This document shows, one piece after another, positions 1-9,763 of a stretch of DNA of 29,458 nt. Source of the stretch: Ginkgo biloba (taxonomy: Eukaryota; Plantae; Ginkgophyta). Below the pieces are notes generated by a model. That model saw only the letters and a program-made list of their open reading frames with translations. It did not search any database and was not told the origin of the DNA. Each line of letters starts with the position of its first letter. The first letter of the stretch is position 1. Location: assembly GCA_024626585.2 (NCBI GenBank), contig JANKJI020000004.1, positions 169,506,333 to 169,535,790 on the forward strand, read 5' to 3'. Made by a program: the position numbers and the translations under genes.

Positions 1-559
1 AAACACCTACCAATTCTTAACATGGTTAAGGATTGAAATAAATTTATTAGAGTATAAATCCACCTCAAGGGGATGTTTAGTAAGAATTTTCCCTCAAGGA
101 TCATTTTCCTTTTGGTTTATTAAGTTTTAAAAAGGCTGATTATGAAAGGTACTAACCTCTTGGGATTGAGAGTTATTTCCTTTCTCTTGGGAATATTGAG
201 GCCTAATTTGCACTACCAATTTAGCTTCATCAGGATCCAATTATTTCCCATCATAGTTCAACACATTAAGGTCCATTAAAAGTTCATCGAACATGGGTTC
301 TCACTCAATTAGGTTTTTGAATATGATAACTTGTTCATTTGGAGCCAATTTGTCATAATCCTTATAAGTAACTTCATGATTGGAGGTGGAGGGATCCTCC
401 TTATGAATTTATAATAAGTATGCATTCTTATTACTTTTCTCCCTAACTTATCCTTTTAGAGTAGTGATTTCATTTCCCATTCTCCTAAGGAGTGCCTGAG
501 CTTAAGGAGTGCTAGGATTTTTTTCTTCTTTAGGTACAACAAAATTAAAAGGTTTGACC

Positions 560-1112
560 TTAACAACCCATATGATTCTCTCTTTAATGGCGATAGCCAT
601 TTTATTTGATGTTTCTAAGTGATTAGGTAATTTATATTCAACTATATACCTCATATTTGGANNNNNNNNNNNNNNNNNNNNNNNNNNNNNNNNNNNNNNN
701 NNNNNNNNNNNNNATTTATAGTCTAGTCATACCAAGAGACATAGTCTTTGACACTTTCCTTGTTCCCTTTCTTGATGGTAGACAAATATTTGATCAATAC
801 CATGGTCATCTTCTTCTAAATAAACTTTAGTCTAAAATATTTCATAAGGGTATCCTAATTGGTGATAGATCTGTTAGGCAAAGATTGGTACCACCACAAT
901 GGTTTAGGTTCAAAAGAATGAATGAATAATTATACTTCCATATTCTTCGTGATTATGTTGAAGTTTCCACATGCATAAATAAAATTATCCAAGTACTTCT
1001 ATCTAGTGGGATAATTATCTCCTCTGAAACTGAGACAGGCATCCCAAGATTTATCAAGAACATCATTAAGTTGCCACCCCAAATTAAGGGGATAACTTGT
1101 TCACCAAGGCAT
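560..1112 (-). mobile_element. gag: Degenerate Ty3/gypsy gag (capsid region)
   Basis: Minus-strand translation: MPW*TSYPLNLGWQLNDVLDKSWDACLSFRGDNYPTR*KYLDNFIYACGNFNIITKNMEV*LFIHSFEPKPLWWYQSLPNRSITN*DTLMKYFRLKF...LSTIKKREQ/ESVKDYV, then PNMRYIVEYKLPNHLETSNKMAIAIKEN after the gap. This fits the Retrotrans_gag pattern (LF..SL...A..W...LP..SI.SW..L...F; K...ESV.DY). Confidence 0.85.
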
Positions 1113-1489
1113 AATAGATACCCTTTGAAGGGGTGATTTTGGAAGAGGAGTGGGAGGTGGAGGATAGGTGAAATTGGATGGAAATGAATAACTTTGAATA
1201 ATTTAATGGTATCTAAGNNNNNNNNNNNNNNNNNNNNNNNNNNNNNNNNNNNNNNNNNNNNNNNNNNNNNNNNNNNNNNNNNNNNNNNNNNNNNNCTAAG
1301 ATCAATAATTTTTAGAGAAGAATGAACTCTCTTAATGACTAGTTGTCTCTTCCTCTTGTCTTGATGATACCTTTTAAAATTCTAGATCACACCTTGAGTT
1401 TTCTATGATCGTGTCTATGGCCTCCTTGTAGTGGTACCACTAGTGATCACTAATTTAGTAATCAATGAGCAATTTTAAAATTTTTGTGC

Positions 1490-1508
1490 GTCCCTAGTAT
1501 GGTCACCA
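1490..1508 (-). promoter_or_regulatory. Degenerate primer-binding site (TGGCGAC-type, probably tRNA-Arg) of the element carrying the 560-1112 gag
   Basis: Minus strand reads TGGTGACCATACTAGGGAC, a few nt after a decayed LTR end at about 1513 and upstream of gag. It resembles the TGGCGAC...CTGGGGAC PBS of Tat/Ogre-like elements after C>T/G>A decay. Confidence 0.55.
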
Positions 1509-1512
1509 ATTT

Positions 1513-1695
1513 TATTGATGANNNNNNNNNNNNNNNNNNNNNNNNNNNNNNNNNNNTACTATTGCAACTCAGAGAAAAAGTGCCAAGATAATGTAACAAT
1601 AAGGGGTCATGATCCCATCTAACTTATAAGGGGTGGTTCCCTTATTTATAAACAATAGACAAATAATATATGAAAATAAATAAAAACTATTTACA
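1513..1695 (-). mobile_element. Partial 5' LTR
   Basis: Lies directly 5' of the PBS. The minus strand has a TATA-like TATAAATAAGGG (plus strand CCCTTATTTATA, about 1639-1650) and a possible TGTAA start at 1695. Contains an N gap, so boundaries are uncertain. Confidence 0.45.
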
Positions 1696-1699
1696 TCAC

Positions 1700-2925
1700 A
1701 TATATGATGGAGATAAAAAATGGAGTCTGGATCAATGATAGTAGATGAGTATAAAAGGAATGAAACATGAATAATTTAACAATTAAAGGAGAAGGAGTTA
1801 CTACTAAAATTGATTTTTCATCATAGGTAGGCCTCTTAATATAGTAGTAGGAGAAATCTAAGGGAAATGACTTAGTAACAACTTCAATACTAAAGCAGGA
1901 GAATCCTAAATATTGTACCACACATTGATTGGACCAAATGATCAGACTAACTACATAGTAGGATATCACAAATTAAATTTATTTTTAATTAAAAAACATA
2001 GCTATATGAATCAAAATAAAACTAGTAATCCATTTAAGCAGAAGTAAGAAATCATGACATACATTACATCATAGCCAAAAATGAATGTACAAAAAACCTT
2101 ATTCCTTTTTAATTATGAAAAAGAAATTCCCATTATTAGTGTAATTATAGAAGCCATTATACCAATTCTATCTTATCTCATATAGAAAATATCCACCCAG
2201 ATATGATAGGTTCCCACCCATGTTTGAGTAAATTTCATCCTTTTTATAAACCTCCTCAAAAGGATTAAAGTAACTACTTGCAACAATTTCCTCCTTGGCC
2301 TAATAAATGGTGGTCATATGACCCTATACTTAAAAGAGTGGTTGTAATTATGACCATTACTTAAGGCACTAAGATTTTCCTTTCCTTCTATTGGACCTCC
2401 TAGAGAAAGGGATAGCCTTCTTATTCTTTTGGTTCCCTTATAGGGATGATGGAAATGTGGCTAAATTGGTATAAGAAATGGAAGGAATAACCTCCAAACA
2501 CTCTAAGTCCAAACTTTATTATAGTGGCATTGTGATTATCCTCCTACAGAATGATAAGCATTTGAATAGGTAGAGGTGGAGGAGGGTGAAAATGAAGATC
2601 TTAAAAACATTAAGACTCCTCACTCTTCAAGAGAAATGATAATAACTTCCTACCACGTGTTAAAACTTGATTCACTAATGGCTTCCTTATCATCCTTATG
2701 ATAAGATACCATACATTACCTAAGGTATCTATCAAGATATATTATTAATTACCATCTTAGGATGTAATAAATATACAACCATAATTATTTCTTGGCATGT
2801 ATTCAACCCCCTTGATAAGTAAGGAAGCATTTTTCTACCCAATATAAGGGAGCTAATTATGCCTATATTGAACTACAGTGCATAATTTTTTCATGTCTTT
2901 CTCCCTTATTATTTTTTCTTCCTAG
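1700..2925 (-). mobile_element. Highly decayed gypsy pol remnant (end of protease, then a possible G-patch)
   Basis: Fragmentary motifs across frameshifts: EKDMKKLCTVV...LPY/ILGR (similar to the protease C-terminal YNILLGRPW), a Pro-rich linker FHPPPPLP, then EEVYK/G*NLLKHGWEP/SYLG/DRIGIMASI/KGIRF. Confidence 0.35.
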
Positions 2926-3434
2926 NNNNNNNNNNNNNNNNNNNNNNNNNNNNNNNNNNNNNNNNNNNNNNNNNNNNNNNNNNNNNNNNNNNNNNNNNNN
3001 NNNNNNNNNNNNNNNNNNNNNNNNNNNNNNNNNNNNNNNNNNNNNNNNNNNNNNNNNNNNNNNNNNNNNNNNNNNNNNNNNNNNNNNNNNNNNNNNNNNN
3101 NNNNNNNNNNNNNNNNNNNNNNNNNNNNNNNNNNNNNNNNNNNNNNNNNNNNNNNNNNNNNNNNNNNNNNNNNNNNNNNNNNNNNNNNNNNNNNNNNNNN
3201 NNNNNNNNNNNNNNNNNNNNNNNNNNNNNNNNNNNNNNNNNNNNNNNNNNNNNNNNNNNNNNNNNNNNNNNNNNNNNNNNNNNNNNNNNNNNNNNNNNNN
3301 NNNNNNNNNNNNNNNNNNNNNNNNNNNNNNNNNNNNNNNNNNNNNNNNNNNNNNNNNNNNNNNNNNNNNNNNNNNNNNNNNNNNNNNNNNNNNNNNNNNN
3401 NNNNNNNNNNNNNNNNNNNNNNNNNNNNNNNNNN

Positions 3435-4348
3435 CCCAAGACAAGGAGTAACTCACTCCTGGATACCTTTTCCTACCTTATCAAATAAGGACAAAATTTT
3501 TCACCCAATACAAAGAGAAATTTACTCCTCCCTTATTACACCATATTGTATAATATCTTAGGGTTTACAAAGTTCATTTCCTTCCTTAATGCCTTGCCTT
3601 CTTGGATGTATTTTCCCCCTTTATCGACTAAGAGAGAACTTTATTTCTTTGGATACGAGAGTTGTTGGATCTTGCCTTTATCATGCACCATCTTGTACCT
3701 TTTGAACATTCCTAGAAGCATAAGGAATATGCATATCTACCAAGAGCTTCTCCTTTCTCTTTCTTTGGTGAACATTCTTTAAACTACTTTAATGTAACTG
3801 TGGACCCTTCAAAGGATGCACACTCTCTTGGATCCTTTATATTCTCCTTAATCATACTAAGACTACAAAAATCTACCATGACATACTAGCAAGTGAATAG
3901 GTTGCTGCCAAGAGAAAATTAAACTCCCTTGTAGGATGAAAGTTGAGTGAGTCTTACTTATTAAATCATCTCCTAAATAGATTAGGATGTGCAATGAGTC
4001 CCATGAAGGGATGACTTGATTCTTTCAATAATTCTCCTTGGGTGAACTAATGATCATTGTATATTCTAGGGGAATATCCAGACTTGTGCAATGTCTCTCA
4101 ATCAACCCTCACTATGATCAAGTACATGTGATCCATATTGTGACTCATGTAACCTTTGAAGGATAAGCCAAAAGGTGTCTCTTTGAATCCAAGATTCACT
4201 CGATATAAAATTATACTGATGAATAAAACACTTTATGTATATTTTACTACATATTGAATTTACAAGTGTTGCTATAAAGTCCTAAATTTGTGGCTTCACC
4301 TGTAGGTTACTTCTTAACTAGCTTAAAATGAGGTGTTAACACCTTACA
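3435..4348 (-). mobile_element. LTR-like non-coding segment inserted into a copia integrase
   Basis: The copia integrase reading ends abruptly at a minus-strand TGTAAGG starting at 4348. No recognisable coding motif follows, and the far end is lost in the long N gap. Confidence 0.4.
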
Positions 4349-4435
4349 ATACTGATTGAAATTATTAGATTTGTACTCTCCTCCATTATTTAATCAAAGT
4401 ATCTTCAACTTATTCCCTATTTCAATCTCTACTCA
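4349..4435 (-). mobile_element. Ty1/copia integrase core fragment
   Basis: VEIEIGNKLKIL*LNNGGEYKSNNFNQYC matches the copia rve motif VENE.G.KIK.LRSDNGGEY.S..F..YC. It may continue across the gap at 4535-4600 (YFLI.../SRIWI). Confidence 0.85.
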
Positions 4436-4930
4436 NNNNNNNNNNNNNNNNNNNNNNNNNNNNNNNNNNNNNNNNNNNNNNNNNNNNNNNNNNNNNNNNN
4501 NNNNNNNNNNNNNNNNNNNNNNNNNNNNNNNNNNNTATCCATATTCGAGAATTTTGGTTGAAGCTCCATCTAATAACTATATTAAAAAATAAGGGATTTA
4601 AACAAGGGTCATGTGGTTTACCAAGTGACCACTTGGAGGGATAACATTAAATTTTAATTTTTTTACCAAAGTTGAAGTTGACTTATTTTTTACTTTATTA
4701 GTTAAGGGTTAATTTCTCTCTCCTATAGGAAGCACTACAACATCATTGAATCATTAACGTTGATCCATGAATACTTTTTTAATGGTTTCATTGATATTAT
4801 TTATTATAGGTACCATCTATTGATATCCATAATTATTTGGGAGAGACACAATGATTTGATGATTTAATTCAATGGTAGAGATGATAATTGTATATGTCCT
4901 AGATCATATAAAATGATTTCTTATAATAAT

Positions 4931-5336
4931 GATGGGATATATTGCTAGTTTTATTGCATATTATCACATAGGATATGGATAAATTCCTATAAACTATATT
5001 ATAGTAATTTATATAAAATATTTTTAGATTCTCCAAAGGTAACTCAATGCTAAAAAAAGTAGAATTTATGGCATCCTAGGCAACAAGAAAATTAATCACT
5101 AAAAGACTTGTATTCATAATATCCTATGAGAAATACATTTGAGATATTCATACCTATTGTTGTTATGATCATCACCATTTATGGAACCTAAAGTAGCATG
5201 TAGAGTAACAATCACATGTATTCCATGATTCTTAGCCCATTTGAAAGCATTATCAAGGGAATTCAATGACACTCCACCGAGAAGAGCATGAGGGTTTAGA
5301 CTCTAGAGTTCTTAAAATCCACTATCTAACCAGTGC
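4931..5336 (-). pseudogene. GH5 glucan 1,3-beta-glucosidase pseudogene, 3' part
   Basis: LGGVSLNSLDNAFKWAKNHGIHVIVTLHATLGSINGDDHNNNRYEYLKC/MNTSLLVINFLVA*DAINSTFFSIELPLENLKIFYINYYNIVYRNLSISYVIICNKTSNISH. Compare the plant GH5 pattern GGSL.ALDNAF.WA...G.KVIVDLHAAPGSQNG.EHS..RDG...W...VI.FLA.RYA.HP.LL.IELLNEP....VPL..L..YY..GY..VRK.S..AYVI.C.R. Weak possible extension to about 4715. Confidence 0.9.
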
Positions 5337-5339
5337 ACC

Positions 5340-5609
5340 TGTGGGGTCCACTCTACTCTCATTTTGTATAGGTTTGTTGTGGGTCATCTTTACCCAACTA
5401 CAGTTGTATTATTCTCTTCCTTGTTATCTCCATGCGCTGAAGTTTGCACCTTACTGGTGCACTTGTAAATGCTATATGCCATGCCATCATTTCATAATAT
5501 GTGGTGTGATGTCATCATTCATTCATCATTCCTTGGATTCAATTTTATGCACTTGTTTCCTGTTACGACTCCATCTCCCAATTCACCTTGATTTCCCCTT
5601 AGTTGGAGG
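5340..5609. mobile_element. Insertion interrupting the GH5 pseudogene, possibly an LTR fragment
   Basis: No GH5 similarity. Begins TGTGGGGTCC at 5340 (an LTR-like TG terminus) and runs into an N gap. Confidence 0.4.
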
Positions 5610-5709
5610 NNNNNNNNNNNNNNNNNNNNNNNNNNNNNNNNNNNNNNNNNNNNNNNNNNNNNNNNNNNNNNNNNNNNNNNNNNNNNNNNNNNNNNNNNNN
5701 NNNNNNNNN

Positions 5710-6310
5710 AATGAGAAGAGTGGGAGGGTTTGGAAATCTTACAATTGACCATCCAACTGGTATTCTCATAATATTTATACTATGTTTGGAGAGAAAATCA
5801 AAATCATTCTCTATGATAAAATTATTCTAATGATCATTCAAGACTTGATGATCTCAGTCAAGTCCATATCTATTTATGAGATGAAACTCTCCTTATAAGC
5901 CATAAACTATTATCATCTCAAATGTTGCAACATTATTATCATCCTAATCCCTATAAAAGTTTAAAAATTTATCTTACAGTTGAGCCTCCATGTACATTCT
6001 ATTTAATACTCTGATATGCACTCAATTGAGATTATCGGGGTTCGTTATGATCTCAATTTTTTCTCAAGTACTTGTTACGTTGGTAACAACATTGAAAACA
6101 CCACCACCTCCATTATTAACTCCAATAAATTATTTGTTAAAAACTTTAAGCTAATAGCTACCATCCCTTACACATTAAATCTAAAAGTCTCCCATCTAGA
6201 GGGATTGGATTTGTTCACTAAAATTTATTGCCCACTAGCTAAGCCTAGTCTACATTTAGAGTAGTTTTAGTACAATTGATATAAGAGTTCTCCTAGCATA
6301 CAAATTTGTT
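5710..6310 (-). pseudogene. GH5 glucan 1,3-beta-glucosidase pseudogene, 5' part including fascin-like insert
   Basis: ASGQ*ILVNKSNPSRWETFRF/DGSY*LKVFNK*FIGVNNGGGGVFNVVTNVTST*EKIEIITNPDNLN*VHIRVLNRMYMEAQL*DKFLNFYRD*DDNNVATFEMIIVYGL*GEFHLINRYGLD*DHQVLNDH*NNFIIENDFDFLSKHSINIMRIPVGWSIVRFPNPPTLLI. Collinear with plant GH5 motifs SGWETF, RVFNKQF, W.D.D..FEM, LQGE(F/Y)Q..NGYG, HW..FI.E.DF.F....G.N.VRIPVGWWI..DP.PP. Many stops and no intron. Confidence 0.92.
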
Positions 6311-7110
6311 CATTTATTAAAGTTATTGTTAAGAGTATTGAAAATTCCTTAACATGGAAATTTTTATATATTATATTAATTGTTACAACTTCCATTCCAT
6401 AGGTGCGCTTAGAATCAATAATTGCCATCAATAATTATCACTGGGTCATTATGATCACCATAATTGTCTAAGAAAGGTTTTCCATTCATCTCATTTAGAA
6501 GCATCTTCTCATTAACTGTCTCATATCTATGAGGTTAGAGGTTATATAAGTAATTTAATAAAACTCATTTTTTAAGTAATGCAAAGTCATGCATATTGTG
6601 GTCATCATAAAGGAATCCATTGGCACATTCTAGTGAAGTTATTATTTCTAGTGATTGAGACAATATCATTAAGGCTATTGATTTTATAACTTTGTGGCCC
6701 ATGAACATTCCCACCTTTGGAAATGGTTTCTCAGCAAAGAGCAAGTGCCAATATTCCCCATTATCCTAGTTTGGTCAAATAGTGGAATTATTCCTTTTGG
6801 CTTTGTTACTTATAATGTTTACTAGTTGTTTGAGGTTGTCATTATTTTCTTATTGGTCTTCCTCTTTGATGAATTATAATGTTAATTATCATGTATTTTA
6901 TTTTAATTAGTCATTATTTCATCAAATTGTACTTTGTACTTGGTTGTACTTTTATACTTAGTTAAATATTAAACTTTCACTTAAATGGGTAAATCCCACA
7001 TTTGTAAAAGTGAACAATTCCCAATTGTACTTGCACTTATAAATGAGTGATTTTTATAATGAAAGACAAAAATTGAAGTTTGTTTCTTCATCTAGGGTTT
7101 GTAAACTATT

Positions 7111-7780
7111 GTGCACCGACGAATAAAGGAAAACCAAAGGATGCGAAAAACGCTCTGCTTTGAAGAGAGGGAAAAATCTTCGAACGAGGGGTGTTTAATT
7201 CGCACGTCGCTATAGTTAATAGATTTGATAGGTCTTTTAATCCTTAGCCATGGCCATTAAGGAGCCATTCGACTCTATGCAAGTTAGCGAACAAGCTTCC
7301 ACACCCCCTGTTTCTTAGATTAGGTCGCAACTGGAGTAGGATGGCACCCAAGAGAGCTTGCAAGTTTGTCCCCAAGGTGTATCACGGGGTGATTCCAATA
7401 CTCTTTCTCCGCATGTTATTGATTTAGACCCTGATAAGGTTAATGCTGTGACATATGCTTTTGCCTCCACCACCCTCATTGGGTACTTCATGGGGAGACC
7501 TCCGCCTGAACTTGTCCTCTTACATTAGATTAAAGAAGCCTGGGAGGCTCATGGGTGGAAGGTAATTTCTATTCGATACCCCACCAAAGGGTTTTTTCAT
7601 TTACCTTTGATTCTTCAGAGTTTGCTAACCAGGTGCTTCTTTGAGGCCCTTGGACATGCAAACGCAATTTAGTTGTTCTGAACTGTTGGGCAGTTGATTT
7701 TTCTGTTGAAATGATTGTGTCATATGCATGCCTAGTTTGGGTTGAGTTTCTTGGACTCCCTCTACCGCTAGGGGAAATGC
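7111..7780 (+). mobile_element. LINE (L1) 5' end: probable 5' UTR plus ORF1 DUF4283-type domain, pseudogenised and 3'-truncated
   Basis: From ATG 7250: ...HVIDLDPDKVNAVTYAFASTTLIGYFMGRPPPELVLLH*IKEAWEAHGWKVISIRYPTKGFF/SFTFDSSEFANQVLL*GPWTCKRNLVVLNCWAVDFSVEMIVSYACLVWVEFLGLPL. Contains the LIG.F.G, W, KGFF.F.F, VL..GPW and VWV...GLP motifs of plant L1 ORF1. Retains more CpG than its flanks. Confidence 0.9.
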
Positions 7781-7789
7781 TTAGGGACA

Positions 7790-8530
7790 GGGAAAATCTT
7801 AAGGGTGGTCTTATCAACTTAAACTATTGAAATTGAGACGAATTTAACGAATAACTAGATTCCTAATATTGGCGAATTACACATTCTTACCCATTACATA
7901 NNNNNNNNNNNNNNNNNNNNNNNNNNNNNNNNNNNNNNNNNNNNNNNNNNNNNNNNNNNNNNNNNNNNNNNNNNNNNNNNNNNNNNNNNNNNNNNNNNNN
8001 ACTTGTACAAAACCCTAAATATTGATAGTGACAAATTTGAGAAAAATACCTCAAAATCGCACTCTCACCATGAGGGTTCTAAATCTGTAATTATGTTTCA
8101 AATTCAGCTTCATTTGACACCGATTTTGGCCAAAAAGAGAGAGAGGGCAGCCAATTTTCTTCAAACACTCATTGCATTTTGTACAAGCAAGCTGAAAATT
8201 TACAAAAAGATACATCTCATCGAGACGATTCCAATGGTACCTGATTTAATCGTTTTTTTTTTCTGTACGATAAGAAACTAGCAAAAAATTCTCCAATATC
8301 ATAGTTGTCATCGCTTTCTTTTCTACTCATAACTTTTGTTGCAAATTTTAGATTCAAATTTCGTTTGCAGATCCGGAATGGCGCCGAGGAGACGCAACTT
8401 TTGAGCCCATTTTTTTATTTTTTTGGTTCTATGCCTTAAAATCCATACAGTCATACTGAACTGTATGAATCAACTTCTATGGGCTCCATAGTACCTCCTA
8501 ACTCTACGAGGTCTTCTCCAAAACCAATAC
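7790..8530. mobile_element. Probable non-autonomous DNA-transposon-like segment
   Basis: CpG-retaining non-coding block. It starts GGGAAAAT where LINE ORF1 similarity stops and contains CATCTCATCGAGACGATTCCAATGGTACC (8213-8241) and CTCATAACTTTTG, motif types I associate with subterminal regions of plant DNA elements. No matching second TIR was found. Confidence 0.45.
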
Positions 8531-9186
8531 CTATCAACTGATTATAGTTAGCCATTTGTTATTTTATTTATTTTCTACATTTTCTCAATTTTTATTTTAT
8601 ATTTTCTATATTTTCATTAAAAATGGCACTAGGAAAACCAAACTAAGACATCTTTTTAATTTTTTTTTAGTACTAACTCTCTCTTTAGGAGGAACTAGTT
8701 AGATTTTTTATACCTCATATTACTTAGAATCTATATGTTTTGCACCCAAAGTGAGATTTAGTATTAATCAGAGACTCTAGTCTTTATTAGTGTGCAAGCA
8801 TACAAATATGGTTCACCTTATCGAATGTACCATTGCACTTCTCTAGTTATCAGTATCCAACCACTTTCTATGGGAAGACGCCCAACCCAAGGAACTGATA
8901 AAACTATAACTCTTCTAACTTTCCCAACCACATAGGAAGCCTTGTAAATAACTCCATCCATACATACATATAGTTCAATCATCATATCATCCAAAGAAAA
9001 GACACCATATCCTGAGAAGTCTTCAGAGATTCCTTCGTAAGGATAACCTTCTACTTTAGTTACCCTCTCCCTATTGGCTTAAGATNNNNNNNNNNNNNNN
9101 NNNNNNNNNNNNNNNNNNNNNNNNNNNNNNNNNNNNNNNNNNNNNNNNNNNNNNNNNNNNNNNNNNNNNNNNNNNNNNNNNNNNNT

Positions 9187-9745
9187 CCTTGAATATTATA
9201 AAAATATTTTTTATGTTGTAATATTTGTCTAGACATTCTAATGCCCAATATTGTGCTGGTCCTTCCATAAATTATTCTATGGATATTTGGGATTTATAAA
9301 TTTTTTTATTTATCCATGTGTACTAAAATGATGCGTCCAATTTTTCTATCCAATCATTTGGTTCTATGGTGCCATCAAAATTATCACTTGGGATCTTTAG
9401 TTGTAATTTATATGCAATTCTTCTATTACTTGACTAGATAATCTCTCCTTAATTATTAATTCATCCTTACTATTTATCCTAGATAGGATTTGGTGGTTTA
9501 TGTAGGGATTCCCTTTCACTTGAATATATTCTTATGGTTTCACCCTTTGAGTTCAAATGTACAAGAATTTGATCGATTTTTTCTTCTCGTGCTAGGATTT
9601 GGCCCACGTCTTCTTATAATTCATCTATTTTAGTATCCAACCTATATAGATTTTCATAATTGTTGGTATACCACTCCAAAATTTTCCCCTCCATTTTTTC
9701 ATATTTTCTTATTTGCACTAGCATTATTTCTTAGTCTGAGATCAT
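9187..9745 (-). mobile_element. gag: Degenerate Ty3/gypsy gag, N-terminal part
   Basis: NNYENLYRLDTKIDEL*EDVGQILAREEKIDQILVHL (coiled-coil-like), then KLQLKIPSDNFDGTIEPNDWIEKLDASF*Y.../MEGPAQYW, matching the gag pattern P.FDG..P..WI......F...M.G.A..W. Lies directly downstream of a PBS and LTR. Confidence 0.7.
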
Positions 9746-9749
9746 TATG

Positions 9750-9761
9750 GCTCTCATACTA
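9750..9761 (-). promoter_or_regulatory. Degenerate tRNA-Met(i) primer-binding site
   Basis: Minus strand TAGTATGAGAGC versus canonical TGGTATCAGAGC (10/12), positioned between the LTR and gag. Confidence 0.65.
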
Positions 9762-9763
9762 TA

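Noticed and set aside
2863-3456. Long ORFs in the track (and all other X-containing ORFs)
   Set aside because: They are open only because they run through N gaps.
5267-5743. Solo LTR bounded by TGACA (5267) and TTACA (5743)
   Set aside because: There is no TSD, and both supposed termini lie inside sequence that still translates as GH5 (PNPP/GG.SL).
5266-6264. Plus-strand ORFs 5266..5748 and 6016..6264 as genes
   Set aside because: No recognisable motifs. They are antisense to the GH5 pseudogene or lie in the insertion and gap.
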